From contig CM022674.1 in NCBI GenBank assembly GCA_012295275.1, positions 5,270,001 to 5,334,000 on the forward strand: DNA of 64,000 nucleotides. The letters run 5' to 3'. A program made the position numbers and the translations under genes. This DNA comes from Chrysomallon squamiferum. Taxonomy: Eukaryota > Animalia > Mollusca. Each line of letters begins with the position of its first letter. The first letter of the stretch is position 1. Shown here one piece after another: positions 47,954-62,557 of the stretch. The notes below the pieces were generated by a model. It saw only the letters and a list, made by a program, of their open reading frames with translations. It searched no databases and was not told the origin of the DNA.

Positions 47954-48509
47954 TCACGTGGTTTGGAATAGAAGTTAATGCGAGGCGTTAACAGGTAGCT
48001 CTTGAACTGTTGATAAGTAACTGCATTGTTACAGTATTATTAGTAGTAGTGCTAGTGATAATGTAACTGTACTGATACACAAGTAACAGTAATTATAGTG
48101 GCAATGGTGGTTATGGCGGTAGTAGTAATAGCAGTTGTAGTAATGACATGTTCAGCTAAGAAGTAATAGAAAAATAAATGTTGTTGTTGTTGTTGCTGTT
48201 GTTGTTGCCGACGCTGTACAATGTTTTATTTCTATTTTCAGGAGTCTTGTGCCGCAGTCACGTGGTCTCCGACAGAATATTTTATTACTTTATATGAAAG
48301 AACTAAAATAAAATTAATATTTTTGATAAAATGTTTTTTTTCTTCTTCTTCTTCTTTTCACTGGTATGTTGGGTTACACTGGAGTTAAGTGACTTGATTT
48401 TTCTCAGAATCAGTTCTCCGCGGCCCTTTCACTGGACTTTTTCCCAATCCAAACGTTCCTCGCCGATGATTTATCAAAAGCAAAAGCAGCAGTATTTTGT
48501 CTAACACAC

Positions 48510-48573
<64 letters not shown>

Positions 48574-48910
48574 TTCTGTCTATCGGAGGGTGTAAACAAA
48601 AGATTATTTACTGCTTTCCTCCCCGCTGTCATTATAATTAAAACATTATAACTTTTTATTTAATAATTCTCAGAAACTAGTAATTTGAAAAGTAATCGAA
48701 GTAAAAAAAAAAGAAAATAAGAAGAAGAGAAAGAAAACAAAAACAAAAATGAAAAAGAATCAAAACAAAACACTCATGTAATAAATAGCGAACGGAAGAA
48801 AGAAAGAAATAAAAATTATAAACTGACTTCATGCTGAGATCGTATTCATGCCGCGCAGCAGTGATAGCATTTTTCCTGTTTCCTCTTTAAATAAAACAGA
48901 ACATCGGCAA

Positions 48911-48966
<56 letters not shown>

Positions 48967-49033
48967 ATAATAATAATAATATCTTCAGGTAATAAAAATA
49001 AATAAATAAATAAATAAATGGATAAACAAAAAT

Positions 49034-49071
<38 letters not shown>

Positions 49072-49414
49072 TAAACAAATGGCAAAAAATCGGTCTAGTT
49101 CACCTTATTTGATTATTTGATAAACAAATAATTAAATAAATGAATGAATAAATGTATAAATAAATAAAACATTCATACTGTTTATATCAGTAACAGGATC
49201 TGAATAAAGAAATAAAGAAAACACAAAGAGTTGTAAATTCCAAGTACAGAATATTTCACACCGACAAACATGAAAGTTAATTAAGGTGTGTTTGTGTGTT
49301 ACATACGAGTGTTTATACACAGGTGTATATATATATATATATATACACGTACATCGTCATAGTCTGTGACAACATGTGTCTGTATGTGTACGTTATCTTA
49401 TCTGTCTGATTTGT

Positions 49415-49913
49415 ACGTAAACAGAACCGATGTCAGACACACGAACGCCACCCTCATGTTTTTCAATTATTTCTTTCTTAACCTCTATAGACTGTGATAC
49501 GTTTATACTTTCCACCAGTATTATCGCTTTCACTTTTTGTTTTCTTGGACGCCATATTGGATAGGGTATTAATAAAAAAAAATATGCACATAAAAGCAGC
49601 AACACTATAAACAATGCGAGCGAACAATCTCAGTGCAAAAGCTGTTGAGCTGCAACTGGTATCGAAGACTGAAGGCCCTAATTCATGATACATATCTGCT
49701 ATAGGGTATGCCTATAATCCTTACTTTGGCTTCGGTTTTGACGTAAGCATCTATTTTATCTTTACTAGATGTTGACGTCAAAACCGATGTCAAAACGAAA
49801 GCTTGTCGTGGCGTTGTAGTTCGTAACTCGGAACATTATTCGTAAACCGAGACTAAACATTGCCGAAGATCACGGTTCGTAATCCCATCTGTTCGTACTT
49901 CGGGGTTCCATTG
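49415..49913 (-). mobile_element. Truncated Tigger/pogo (Tc1-mariner superfamily) transposon with frameshifted N-terminal HTH fragment
   Basis: Terminal TA|CAATGGAACCCCGAAGTACGAAC (Tigger-like TIR, reverse strand at 49913). ATG 49555 gives MASKKTKSESDNTGGKYKRIT, then after a frameshift SIEVKKEIIEKHEGGVRVSDIG, typical of the CENP-B/Tigger psq-type HTH. The other end was not found. Confidence 0.7.
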
Positions 49914-50043
49914 TATATATGTATGTATGTACGTATGTATGTATGTATGTGTATATATGTATGTATGTATGTACGTATATATGTATGTATGTATGTATGT
50001 ATGTAATGTAATGAATATATGTATTTTATGTATGTATGTATGT

Positions 50044-50077
<34 letters not shown>

Positions 50078-50830
50078 GTATGTATTGTATTACTGTAATT
50101 GGTTCAGTGTCTGAAGTGTTAGCAATCTAACAATGTAAAACTTCAGTCAGTTGCACCCTGTTTACTAACTCATCAATATTATTACATACCTTACACAGAC
50201 ATTAGCATGTTAATCCAAAATTAAAAGTTTCTAAGCAGTTTGATTTGATTGCTGAACACACGTCGAGATCGGAACATGTCAAATGACGTTAACCAATTAT
50301 GACGTCATAACTATAAGATCGCGCATTATCACCTCTTTCCGAATAAAATAACCGTGTTTATTAACTTCACGATTAAGATTTTGTTTATAAATTTATTGGG
50401 ATGTAGATTATAATGAAATAAAGAGATAAATTAGAAAACAGTCTGCTGATTAAGCGCACCATTAATGACGACGATGATGATGATGATAATAATAATAATA
50501 ATACTTTTAGTAGTAGAAGTAATAGTAATTGCGATAGTAATAATAATAACAGTAGTATTTGTAGAAGTAATAATAGTAGTTGTAACAGTAATAGTAATGG
50601 TAGTTTTAGTATTGGTAGTAATAGTAGTGGTAGTAGTAGTAGTAGTAGTTATAATAACTGTAACAATTTTCAAACACGATTATATGGTTATATATCATAA
50701 GGGTATTTTATGTAGGAAACAGAACAAACAACACTATTTTATTCCAAACACCAAATTTATTTATTTATAAAATTTATAAAAAACGAATGACGTACAGGAT
50801 ACAAAAATGGACAGATGACTAGAGTCTTAA

Positions 50831-50883
<53 letters not shown>

Positions 50884-51182
50884 TAATAATAGTAAATAAT
50901 AATAACCAAACGTTTTAATTAATTATACGTTATCCTTTGTCAGGCCTCTATAAACACTGAGATTCAAAAATATGTTACGGGACGATGTAATCGACTGAAG
51001 ACCAGTCTACAGCAGAACACTTCTGAAAAAACAAAAATACTAATTTTAATAATTTGGATACAATTATCAGATCAAAATAAATTTATTCATTTAAAATGAT
51101 CAAAGTAATTATAATAAAAAGTATTTAAAGTATTAAAAGGAAATACTTTTGTTAATGAAATGATGAAAAACAACTACAAGAG

Positions 51183-51224
<42 letters not shown>

Positions 51225-51291
51225 GGACAAATAAATAAATAAATAAACAACTTAAAATAACCGTTACCGTCAGTCAAATTAAATCACGTGA

Positions 51292-51447
51292 TCATTTCTT
51301 GTCACAGCCGCACGATTTGCACGATCCACACGACTTGCACTTAGAACAACACGACCCGTGACATCCGTGACATTTCTTACAACATCCGTGAGAGCAACAA
51401 CCTGCGTCTGTAGGCAACACGAGGGCTCCTACAAATTTAATAATAAT

Positions 51448-51480
<33 letters not shown>

Positions 51481-51674
51481 AATAATAATAATAATAAAGT
51501 AATAATAATAATAACAATAATAACATTCAATAACGATAATAATAATTTATAATAATACTTGTAATAATAATAAAATAATATCTATTTATATACTTGTCCT
51601 AATAATAAGAATTTAAAATGTTTAATGATATAAACTTCAACTCTTTATTTCAACTCTTGATTTAGGAGCGATTT

Positions 51675-51705
<31 letters not shown>

Positions 51706-51918
51706 CGATTTTTAAGTATTATATAAGATGTCCCTTTTGTAATATTCGTTATAAACAAAAACAAAACTTTAAAGTATTTATAAAATCCAAAATACCTGAG
51801 CTATATTACAAATTTTATAAAATATTTCTTGATAAAAATAAATAAATAAATAAATAAATAATTTGTATCATTTCTTACCCAGTACAGCACAAATGAGAAA
51901 CAAAATGGCGATCTTCAT
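51292..51918 (-). CDS. Secreted Cys-rich CxxC-repeat peptide, copy B (58 aa; mature GCCSHGCCKKCHGCHGSCCSKCKSCGSCKSCGCDKK, 13 Cys)
   Basis: Exon 51918-51879 (MKIAILFLICAVLG, G|gtaag) and exon 51428-51292 (tag|GA GCC..., ALVLPTDA then the mature peptide, TGA). TATAAAAA at 52012-52005. 3'-UTR intron 51267-51023. Confidence 0.92.
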
Positions 51919-52510
51919 TGCTGCCGGTGCTTTAGGTTAATTATTTTTTTTATCTTTTCCACACTAATTATGAATTGTATGTGAAACTCGGACGTTTAAA
52001 ACAGTTTTTATATCGCGAACAGTTACAATGAGACGGCAGATTCATTCATCTTTCATCCGGCAACCTGCGGATGGTCTTGCTGAGCCTCATCCTATTAAAT
52101 TTGCAACGTCACTATTACTTCCGGTACATCTGCACCGCGTGTAGATAATTACAGTACAGTATTAATTAAAACTGAACGGTCGCAATTGTGTTCATAGTAG
52201 GCGCGATTAGATCACGTGTATGAGAATTAGAAAGTTAGTGATGTTAGTATGGTGCGGAATAATGGTTTATATTCAGTCATAATAATGTTCCATTTTTTTT
52301 TTTTTTAATGTAAGACTTAAGGAAACAGATTATTTAACGGGAAAAGTAAATATTTATGTAAATAATAATTAAATAATATTCACACATACACATACAGACA
52401 CATACAGAGAGTGAGAAATATAAATAGTTCTATATCTGTCTATTTATCTGTCTGTCTATCTCATATCTATCTATCTATATATCTGTGTATGTGTTTATGA
52501 GTATGTGTGT

Positions 52511-52565
<55 letters not shown>

Positions 52566-55131
52566 AATAAATTAAACAAAATTAAAAAAACATAGATATT
52601 TAATTATATTCAGTTTGAAAAGAATGGAATTAGTCACAAATTAAAATATTTATTCACTAACCATTTCTAATTATTGGTTAAATTTTAAAAAGTTCTATCC
52701 CATTAAACAAACAATTAACTAAACAGACGTATATTCAAACATTTTCATACTTCACTATGACGTCAAATTGTCATTTGAAAATAAAGTGACGAGAGAATGT
52801 AAATCGTCTGATTTATCTTTGTGAGTAACTCATACTGATCAGAAACCTTGACACAGACAGGTTAGCACGTACCCCGGATTTTAGTTCCGTAATCTTAGTT
52901 ATAACGGTATAAGAAGTTTCATTCTTGAAATATTAGTGATTCTCAGATCCACAGTTTTAAAAAGAGGTTTAAATTCAAACTTTTATTTTTTCTATTAACT
53001 GGCTAGAATAATACAGAAATTGGGAGAAGAAGAAAACAAAAATGCATGCGTTTTCAGTTTCGGAATTTTTTATCATATAAGAAATGCATTGTTTCATATT
53101 TTAAAATAATAATAATAATAATATTAATATATTAATAATAATAATAATAATACTATATTTATGATGATGCATTCTTTTGTATTTTAAAATAATACAAGGT
53201 GGGATCCACAAATAATGGAACAGTATACGACTCCGAAATTTCCACTGAAACGAAATCAGCATTTTGCTAATTATTTATAAAAGTGTTTAAATTATAAATT
53301 TTTCTGTTGTGTCCACAGTATTTGGGCAGTCGAGAGCTTGTAAACAGTTTCTAAATGTTGTTCCAGTCATACACTGACTGGATATCTGTGAGCTACTTTG
53401 AACATGTGTCGTCCTCGGAATACATATTGAAAACAGGTATATATAAAAGTCACAGCTCGAACCTGCTAGGAAAATGGTACATACACGAGTTAGTTCACGT
53501 GTCCACTTGTTATAAATACGCCCAGTATAACGATTATTATTATTACTATTATTGTTATTATTATTATTGATATTACTTTTTTATTACTGTTGTTGTTATT
53601 GTTATATTATTATTATTATTATTATTACTGTTATTGCTATTATTATTATCATTATTCATTTTATTATTGTTGTGATTGCTATTGTTACTGTTATTGTTGT
53701 TGTTGTTGATGTTGTTGTTATTGTTATTATTATTATTATTACTGTTATTGCTATTATTATTATCTTTATTATTTTTATTATTGTTGTGATTGCGATTGTT
53801 ACTATTATTGTTGTTGTTGTTGTTGATGTTGTTGTTACCATTATTACCATTATCATCATTCTTCTTTTTCTTCTAATTATTATTAATACTACTGCTATCA
53901 CTACTGTTATTATTATTGTTGTTGTTGTTGTTGTTATTGTTATTATTATTGCTGTTGTTGTTGATGTTATTATTATTTTGATGAACATCATTCTTTTTCT
54001 CCTTCGTCTTCTTATTATTGTTCTTATTACTATCATTCTAATCATCAACATCATCATCACTACCATTATTATCATCATCATCATCATCATAATCATTAAT
54101 TTTATTATTGTTGTTGTTGTTACTGTCATTATTTTTTTTGTTTGTTTATTTATTTATTTTCAAGTGTCTTTCTTTCTGCCTACACATAATAGATGCTTTT
54201 ATATGTGTCAGTTTTTTCCTCTTAAGCAAGACGTGACAAACTTTATTTCTTATGATGCATATATGAGATATTTATCTGTTCTTGTATGAATAACCATGAT
54301 GTTTTTATGAGTGTGAATTTATCCTCTGGCACAAGACAAATCTCTGCTTGTCTAATACACGAGTGTGTTCAACAAACATCAGTCTAGAAGATTTACGGGC
54401 AATTATTATTATTATTATTATTATTATTATCATCTGTCATTTTATTTAATATGTGCTGTTGATATCGTGAAATATTGTTATTTATTATATATCTGTCGTT
54501 ATTTCGATAATACTAAATATGAGAATTTCTCATGATGATGAAAATTATAAAATAAATAAACAGCATATTTTCTGTTTCAAACAACTTTTATTACTAGTTT
54601 AGAAAAATACAAAGAATCCATTTGTCAGTATATGTTGGTATTTCAGAATTATTTTTTCATTATATGATACATTTCAAAAATTATCAAGAAGATCCCTTTA
54701 CAGGCCTCTCCAGATACTCGACTGATATTGAAATATTTGTTACATGATAAAGCAATCAACCAAAGACCAGTCTACAGTAGAACACTTCTGAAAGAAAATT
54801 AACAAATTATATATATTCAAAATGGATATAGACATTAATGGAAAAAAACATTTGTGTATTTGTGTATGTGTGTGTGTTATTTTATCTGTACAGATTTATA
54901 TGTATGTATAAAAAAGATATATTATTATATTATAGTCGACTACTGTACTTGCATTCAAAACTGCTCTATGAAGTGTTACAGTATTGCAATGCAATGTGTT
55001 TCTGTTTTGTTTGTCACTGTAATATACAGGTTACCAATAAAGCATTAACAAAGTACTGTAAACTGTTAATAACTAACTAAATAAACAATTTAAAATAACC
55101 CCGTTACCATCATCTAAGTCAAATCACGTGA

Positions 55132-55472
55132 TCATTTCTTGTCGCAGCCGCACGATTTGCACGATTTGCACGATCCACACGACTTGCATTTAGAACAACA
55201 CGACCCGTGACATCCGTGACATTTCTTACAACATCCGTGAGAGCAACAACCTGCGTCTGTAGGCAACACGAGGGCTCCTAGAAATTTAATAATAATAACA
55301 ACAGTAACAACAACAACAACAACAATAATAATGTAATAATAATAATAACAGTAACAACAACACCAACAACAACAACAATTATAATAATAAATACAGCAAA
55401 CTGCTACTGCTACTACTACTACTACTAATAATAATAATAATAATCAGAACAGCAACACAACAATAATAATAC

Positions 55473-55525
<53 letters not shown>

Positions 55526-55731
55526 TAACAAATAATAATAACACAAGCTAATTTCTGTTTACAGGATTAAAATATCCAGATACACTATGTTAAATGTTTA
55601 CCTCCTACTTCAATAGACCCTGGGGGTTTTTTTAAGAAAAATATTCGTACATTAATTCTGATACATAAAGGATATGCTAAGTTTTTCTTACCCAACACTG
55701 CACAAATGAGAAACACAATGGCGATCTTCAT
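55132..55731 (-). CDS. Secreted Cys-rich CxxC-repeat peptide, copy C (61 aa; mature GCCSHGCCKKCHGCHGSCCSKCKSCGSCKSCKSCGCDKK, 14 Cys)
   Basis: Exon 55731-55692 (MKIAIVFLICAVLG, G|gtaag) and exon 55277-55132, which carries an extra 9-nt CKS unit. TATAAA at 55816-55811. 3'-UTR intron 55107-54788. Confidence 0.92.
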
Positions 55732-56720
55732 AACTGCTAATTATTTTCTGATCTGTTTCACTCTCTAAAACAATTGTGAATGATACTGTAACAAAGGCAG
55801 TTACTTACAATTTATAGAGATTCAAGAATGACAATCAGAATTTTAATTTCCTTTAAAAAAATGTTCCTCGCTGAGTTTTCATCCGTCTTAAAAGTGTTGT
55901 TTGAGACTCTTCCGGTGTGTCAGCACAATGTGTTACCGGACAGCTCTTTAATTCGACATGCATCATCGTTTAACAAACAACATTAGTCTTTGCTAGTAAT
56001 AAGTGCAAATCATTGTATAAATACATGAATGAAGTAAAAACACGCTTAATTTGTATATTAGTGTTTAACTGTTTGTTATTATAATTTAATAATTATTAAC
56101 AAACAGTTAAACGTAAACATTATGACTAGGACACGGTGTGGGTAAAGAATTTACATACAATAGAAATCTACGAATTGTTATTTTATGGGATTCGTAAATC
56201 ATCACGCACGCACACGCACGCACACGCACGAGCAGGAACGCGCGCCTCACTCGTTTGGTCAAAGCTCTTCTCTTCGCGGTATATCGCGATCACCCACAAA
56301 ATGCTTCAGCAGACGAGCTTACGTATTTAAAACAGGACCACGCCCGCTTCGTCATAGTGAAAGACCATTCTAGAACTGTTACGTAAATCAAAAAATATAT
56401 ATGTGTTTTATTCCTTCTAAATGTTTTATTATTTTTAAACATTATTATTGTCCCCCGTTTGAAAATTGCTTAGGATTTATACTTTAGTGACGTCATAAAG
56501 AAAAATGTTAAGTAACTTTTATATCTTGCCAGCTATACTCTTATAGGAGCATTCCTCTTTCCCCTTTCTTTTTGTTTTATGTTGCAAAATAACACGCGAT
56601 CTTGTGTTGACTTCCGTGACATCATTCTTCAAAACATACATCTATCACGTATTTCTTTGAGAAAAAAAAAGGTAAAAAAAAACGATCGAAAAGAATAATA
56701 TAGACATATTAAATATATAT

Positions 56721-56770
<50 letters not shown>

Positions 56771-57097
56771 ATTCGTTCGTTAATATATAACAGCTTATCA
56801 AACGATAAAAATAAAATATATAACTCAGTATACTTTTAACTGTTCTCCAAGGCAACTGGGAAAATACTGAGATTTTGTAGGGCCAGTACTGAGATTTGGC
56901 GCCTGTAGTAATTAATATATAATCTCAGGAAACTCGCCAAGCCATCGTTTTCATTATAACATCAATGCGTCACCTTCATAAAGTTGTGACTGTCTATGCT
57001 GGTGAATTTGTCTTCAGGTTTCAAAGTTTCTGCGTTTATTCCTTATTCATTACACTGCTTTTCCATCCAATAGAATCCCATTGGTTCCATTTGTTAA

Positions 57098-57223
<126 letters not shown>

Positions 57224-59306
57224 TTAATTATTTTATATATAATAACTAATATGTGTGTATCTTCAGAATTTATGTATTCAGGAATGAAATCATGGTGGTC
57301 GTTATAGATAGATGATTCTTATACATGTGGGGTCCTGTTATCTAGAGGTGGTGGCGAAAACAGGTTGGACTTTAAGCAAAATATATTTACCTATTTATTT
57401 ATTTATTAGTAATATTATTATTTTTTAACGTCACTGCATGTTGACATTATCCAACAATAACTGGAAATCTTTTTGCATTACTTGCAAACGTAATGTTCTT
57501 CTACCACTGCAGGGATTTTAAACGAATGGACAATTACACAGCTGTTAACATATCTGTACGTGTTATGTCCAAGGCAGATTTTAAATGTAGCTTAAATATC
57601 CCAGCGTCTGTTTACTGCAAGTGAAAATAACATTTAGTGTATTGTAATATGTTGTGTTCTAGGCTAGTGGCTGTTAAACTGTTTCAGTGTCCTTCACCCT
57701 CGATCACACAGTTTCATTCATCCGCGACAAAAATTATTTGTGTTTTGATTAATATCAGTTTTACTCCGCCTGCTGTGTTTATTTATAATGCATACAATTC
57801 TTTTTATTACTTTTTGAATATTAAGAGTAAGTTAAAGATTATTCTGAGGTTTTGGTTTTCTTCTTTCCCATTACTAGTCATTTGATTTCACATTTTTTTG
57901 TTCTTTCTTTTCTGACAGTTTATTTATTAATAGTTCATTTATTCATAAGTTTAGTTAAAAAAAATAACAATTTTTTTTTTAAATTACTGGTGACAAATAA
58001 ATTTAACATAAAAAATTATTTTTTTCATTGTTTTTTTGTTGTTGTTGTTTGTTTGTTTTATTTACGTAAAATTTTATTCAGAAAACGCTTACAAACGTTT
58101 TTTGTCTTTTCTAAAGGACAGAATAAAACAAAATACAACAGTCTCAATATAATAAGATATATGCAGTTTTTATTCATCCCTAATATAATTTCATTCATTC
58201 GATGTTTTTGCGCAGTCAGTTGTAAATATTGTTTCTTCTTTTAACGAAGCTCATTTCATTTTGAATATTATATCATCAGTATTAAGAATGCCAAATCATG
58301 GAACCGCCTTCTTCCATTCTTAAAATATTTAAACCGATAAAGAATATAGACTTCATGGTTATTAGAATTCAGCGTTTATAAAGGTGTTACGTGCATGCCG
58401 TGGCGATAAGGATGGCCATGTAAAATATCCATTGTCGAAGACAATTTTGATGACGTTCTTAGAGCTGGTAAAACTTTATTATTAGTAAAGACTCATGACT
58501 ACTAACAGATATGCATATATATGTATGTATGCATGTGTACCTACATATGTGTGTGCACTTCTCTAGGTATAAGAGTGTGTGTATGTGTATATGTCTGTTT
58601 TAGAACATGCACATAAATATTCTAAATATTGTTTATAAAGAACATACTCTACAGATGTATTCCAAAAACCCATTTTTATTGAAAAATTACAAAATAAGAA
58701 AGAATCCCGGAACAAGTATAAATAGGACAGATCAAAGGAATATTTCTGATTTTTGTCGTTTTCATTTTGACCTCATAGGAAATCCTTTGCCAGGCCTCTC
58801 TATAAACATGACTGAGATTCAAATATTTATTACGGGAAAAACAGACTGAAGACCTGTCAACAGCAGAACACTTCTGAAAATATTTAAAAAAAAATAAAAA
58901 AAAAAAAAAAAGCACATAAAATAATATAAACACGTTAACAAAGAAATAAGAGCGAACGAAACAAAGACAGACGGACAAAAACCAAGCAAGCAGACAACCA
59001 ACCAATAAATAAATAAATAAATCCAAGTAATAAGAAACGGAAAGAATTATTTGTTGTTGTTGTTGTTCTTTTGTTTTGTCGAAATGTCCAAAGTGGTGGT
59101 TTACTTTATGATAACCGACATATGAAGAACAGAAAAAAAGTTAAAAAATAATAATAAATTTTATTAGAATAAATTTTTATTAAACCATCAAGCCTGAACT
59201 CTTAAGAAAAAAAAAAAAAAAAAAAAAACAAAAGAAGAGAAGTAAGACGTAAACTAAAACTTCTGAAGAATAATATGTAACTTACTAACGTTATAATATC
59301 ACGTGA

Positions 59307-59462
59307 TCATTTCTTGTCACAGCCGCACGATTTGCACGATCCACACGACTTGCATTTAGAGCAACACGACCCGTGACATCCGTGACATTTCTTACAACAT
59401 CCGTGAGAGCAACAACCTGCGTCTGTAGGCAACACGAGGGCTCCTACAAATTTAATAATAAT

Positions 59463-59504
<42 letters not shown>

Positions 59505-59618
59505 AATTTAATAAAATAACAACAGTAACACAACAACTGCAACAACAACAACAATAACAATAATAATAATAAATACAGCAACAGCTGCTGCTACTGCTAC
59601 TCCTGCTACTGCTACTGC

Positions 59619-59669
<51 letters not shown>

Positions 59670-59908
59670 TAGCAACAAAACTTATGATAGTATTAACAAC
59701 AACAACGACAACAATAATTTATAATGCAAAATCTTTTGAGCAAGGATTAATATCTTTATTTATCCGTTTCTTACAATATGTAAAATAATTATTACAAAAC
59801 AATAAATAAAAAAATAATTACTAAATTATTAAATATCATTTTTTTTTTTTTTTTTTTTTTTTGCTTACCCAAAATAGCGCAAATAAGAAACAAAATGACG
59901 ATCTTCAT
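59307..59908 (-). CDS. Secreted Cys-rich CxxC-repeat peptide, copy D (58 aa; mature peptide identical to copy B)
   Basis: Exon 59908-59869 (MKIVILFLICAILG, G|gtaag) and exon 59443-59307. TATAAAA at about 59991-59985. 3'-UTR intron 59285-58874 (gtaagt...ttttcag). Confidence 0.92.
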
Positions 59909-60369
59909 CTTGTCAGCTTCTGTTCTGCTTTCTTCTTTTCTGACTGAAAAGTATGTTGGCTGTAATGGCGAACACGAAACTATCTTTTATATATATATAC
60001 ACTGATATCATATGTAATGACACGGCAGGTTTATTTTTTTCAGTTATCCGCTGACACGGAAATCATCTTGCCGAGTTTCTTCCCGTCACCGTAACGTGTC
60101 ATAGACATTTCCGCTGTTCCTGCTCTACATGTTACCGGACAGTGTGAATTTTCGAACATTTGTTTTATCAGTTCGTTTCTGTTAGTTGGAATAAATAAGG
60201 CATGATACAGCAAAATATCTATCTATCTATCTATATATATACATTAAAAAAGTGAGTTTTATGATTTACGCAGTCATTTCTTGGTTAATTTAGACAGATC
60301 ATGTCAGGGCAATAAAGAGCGACAGAGTGCGTCACACACACAGACGCACACACGTATACACACACGGAG

Positions 60370-60438
<69 letters not shown>

Positions 60439-61501
60439 GTGTGTGTGTGTGTGTTTCTGACTATAAAATGGCACCGACATGCTCTTTGTGTAAGCAAACT
60501 CGAATCGTTGTTTCCAAAACAAAACTAAACAATTTTTGCTCTTTTCTCAGTCGTACATTCCCCATTTTTTTTTTTTTTTTTTATTAAATATCACTGAAAC
60601 AAAGAAATAAAATAGATGTAATTTATATAAATCAACCACAATTTAGGAGTCCAACTTAAACGTTATCAGTTCCATTATTTCACTTGAAAATTTCAGTTAT
60701 GCAGACAATGACACTAATTAGAGACAATGACACTAATCAGTTTCTACAACCATGACGGAAACAAATACGTTTAATCTACGAAAAACCAAATCATTTTCAC
60801 TGATTCTTATCGCCAGTGTTTTACTAAAATAAAAACGTTGATATCACTTAACTCTGTAATAAACTTTATTACTGCTAATAAAAAATATAAAAGTTCTACC
60901 AGCTTCTTTTCTAGGACGGGAAGGAAAGTTTTCAAATGGATGCTAATAAAATACAACCTGCCCCACCATCACGTCTCATAATAACATTTGTTTCATAGTG
61001 TCAATCCTTTCCTTAAATTCAAGGTATTTTAAAAACAAGTATGAATCTATAGATATACACGCATATATCTTTACACGTGTAAATATCTGACGTACATCAT
61101 AAATATAACAAATGCACCATTTTGTCAATTCTGTATTTATATTTATATAGTGTATCTTAAATGCCCCGGATTTCAGTGTAAATAAAATTCTGTTGAACCT
61201 GAGTACTGGTTTAATAATACGAATTAGCATTTTTAATTGATAATCCTCTTAGAATCTTAATTAATAATCCAGTAATCTCACTCTTCAATTCTCACTGTCA
61301 CGTGCCAGTCGCGTGCCTGACTGTTGTTATGACAACACGATACTCAGTGTCTACAGATTGTCACGTGATTTTAACATCTCCTAATTAAAACAGCTAAATT
61401 ATGACACGTCTGGTGTTTATAAAACGCAACAGTCGTTGAAATATGTCATCATTCTTCTTCAAGTTATCACATCGTTCACTTCTAAATATCTACACTTTGT
61501 C

Positions 61502-62510
61502 ATGGAAAGCTGGACTTCAAGAGCGTGTTTGTTAGACGGCGATGTTTTGAGTAACGACTTCGATTGTGGAACAAAAAATGACATTGCTAACGGTACTTAT
61601 TCTTTAAGTAAAATGAATACTTTCGTTTTTATTTCTATATAGTGAATTTTATGTTTTTTTTTTTTTTTTCTTTTTTTTTTTAATTTTCCCTGTTTAATAA
61701 TGCAAAAAAAAATGTAAGTATTCATTTCTATCTAAGGTTTATCTTATTCAATTTATTTTACAGATTCCAGTTCGGGATACGAATCTGACGATTCTGGTTG
61801 TTGTATCGGTGTCAATCACTCTAACCCCGCCTGCCAACCATCTAGTGGTTCAGGGGAGATAATGATGTTTAGCAACACGAACGGACTGTGTGACAGTCTG
61901 AAGTACGTCATCACGATGTCTGAACTGTGTGACGTCATGTTCCTGGTGGGCAAAGAACGAGTTCCCGTTTATGGAGTGAAAGCTATCATGGCTACGCGTA
62001 GCAGGTAAAATTCTATTTTTTAATTTTCAGTAAAATTTAAAAAAAAAAATTTTCATTAATTTTATTTGAAAAAAACTGAAACTAGGACTCGGGGAGAGAA
62101 AAAAATATATTTCTCATCAGTGATCGAATTTCGAAGAAAAAAAATTAAAAAAAAAAAAAAAAAAAAATTAAAAAAAAACGTCATTTCTCAAAGTTACTAG
62201 TGATGTGCTTAATAGTCAGTATGGGTTGTTAGTTAATGTGTTGAAATATAAGTAAATTTATAAGATTCTTTTCTCATTGTTTGTTTCTTTATTTTAAAAC
62301 AGAGTTTTCTATCAGCTGATACTGTATCACCAGCGCAAATCTACTGAAGAACTATCAAAGAAAAAGTCAAAATCCAAACGTCAAAGCAGTCACCTGACCA
62401 TTCCAATCCCAGATTACGACATCGACGTCTTCCGCAGCTTGGTCACGTTTCTGCACTGTGGAAAGGTGAAGGTGGACGTCAAAGTTGTTGTTGGTAAGTA
62501 CAAAAATGAT

Positions 62511-62557
<47 letters not shown>

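Noticed and set aside
58676-59309. Selenocysteine or readthrough of the shared TGA-TCACGTG stop into exon 3 (in frame and open for about 65 codons in copy D)
   Set aside because: A, B and C have in-frame stops within a few codons (TAG, TGA, TAG), the exon-3 frame closes early in B and C, and I saw no SECIS-like element.
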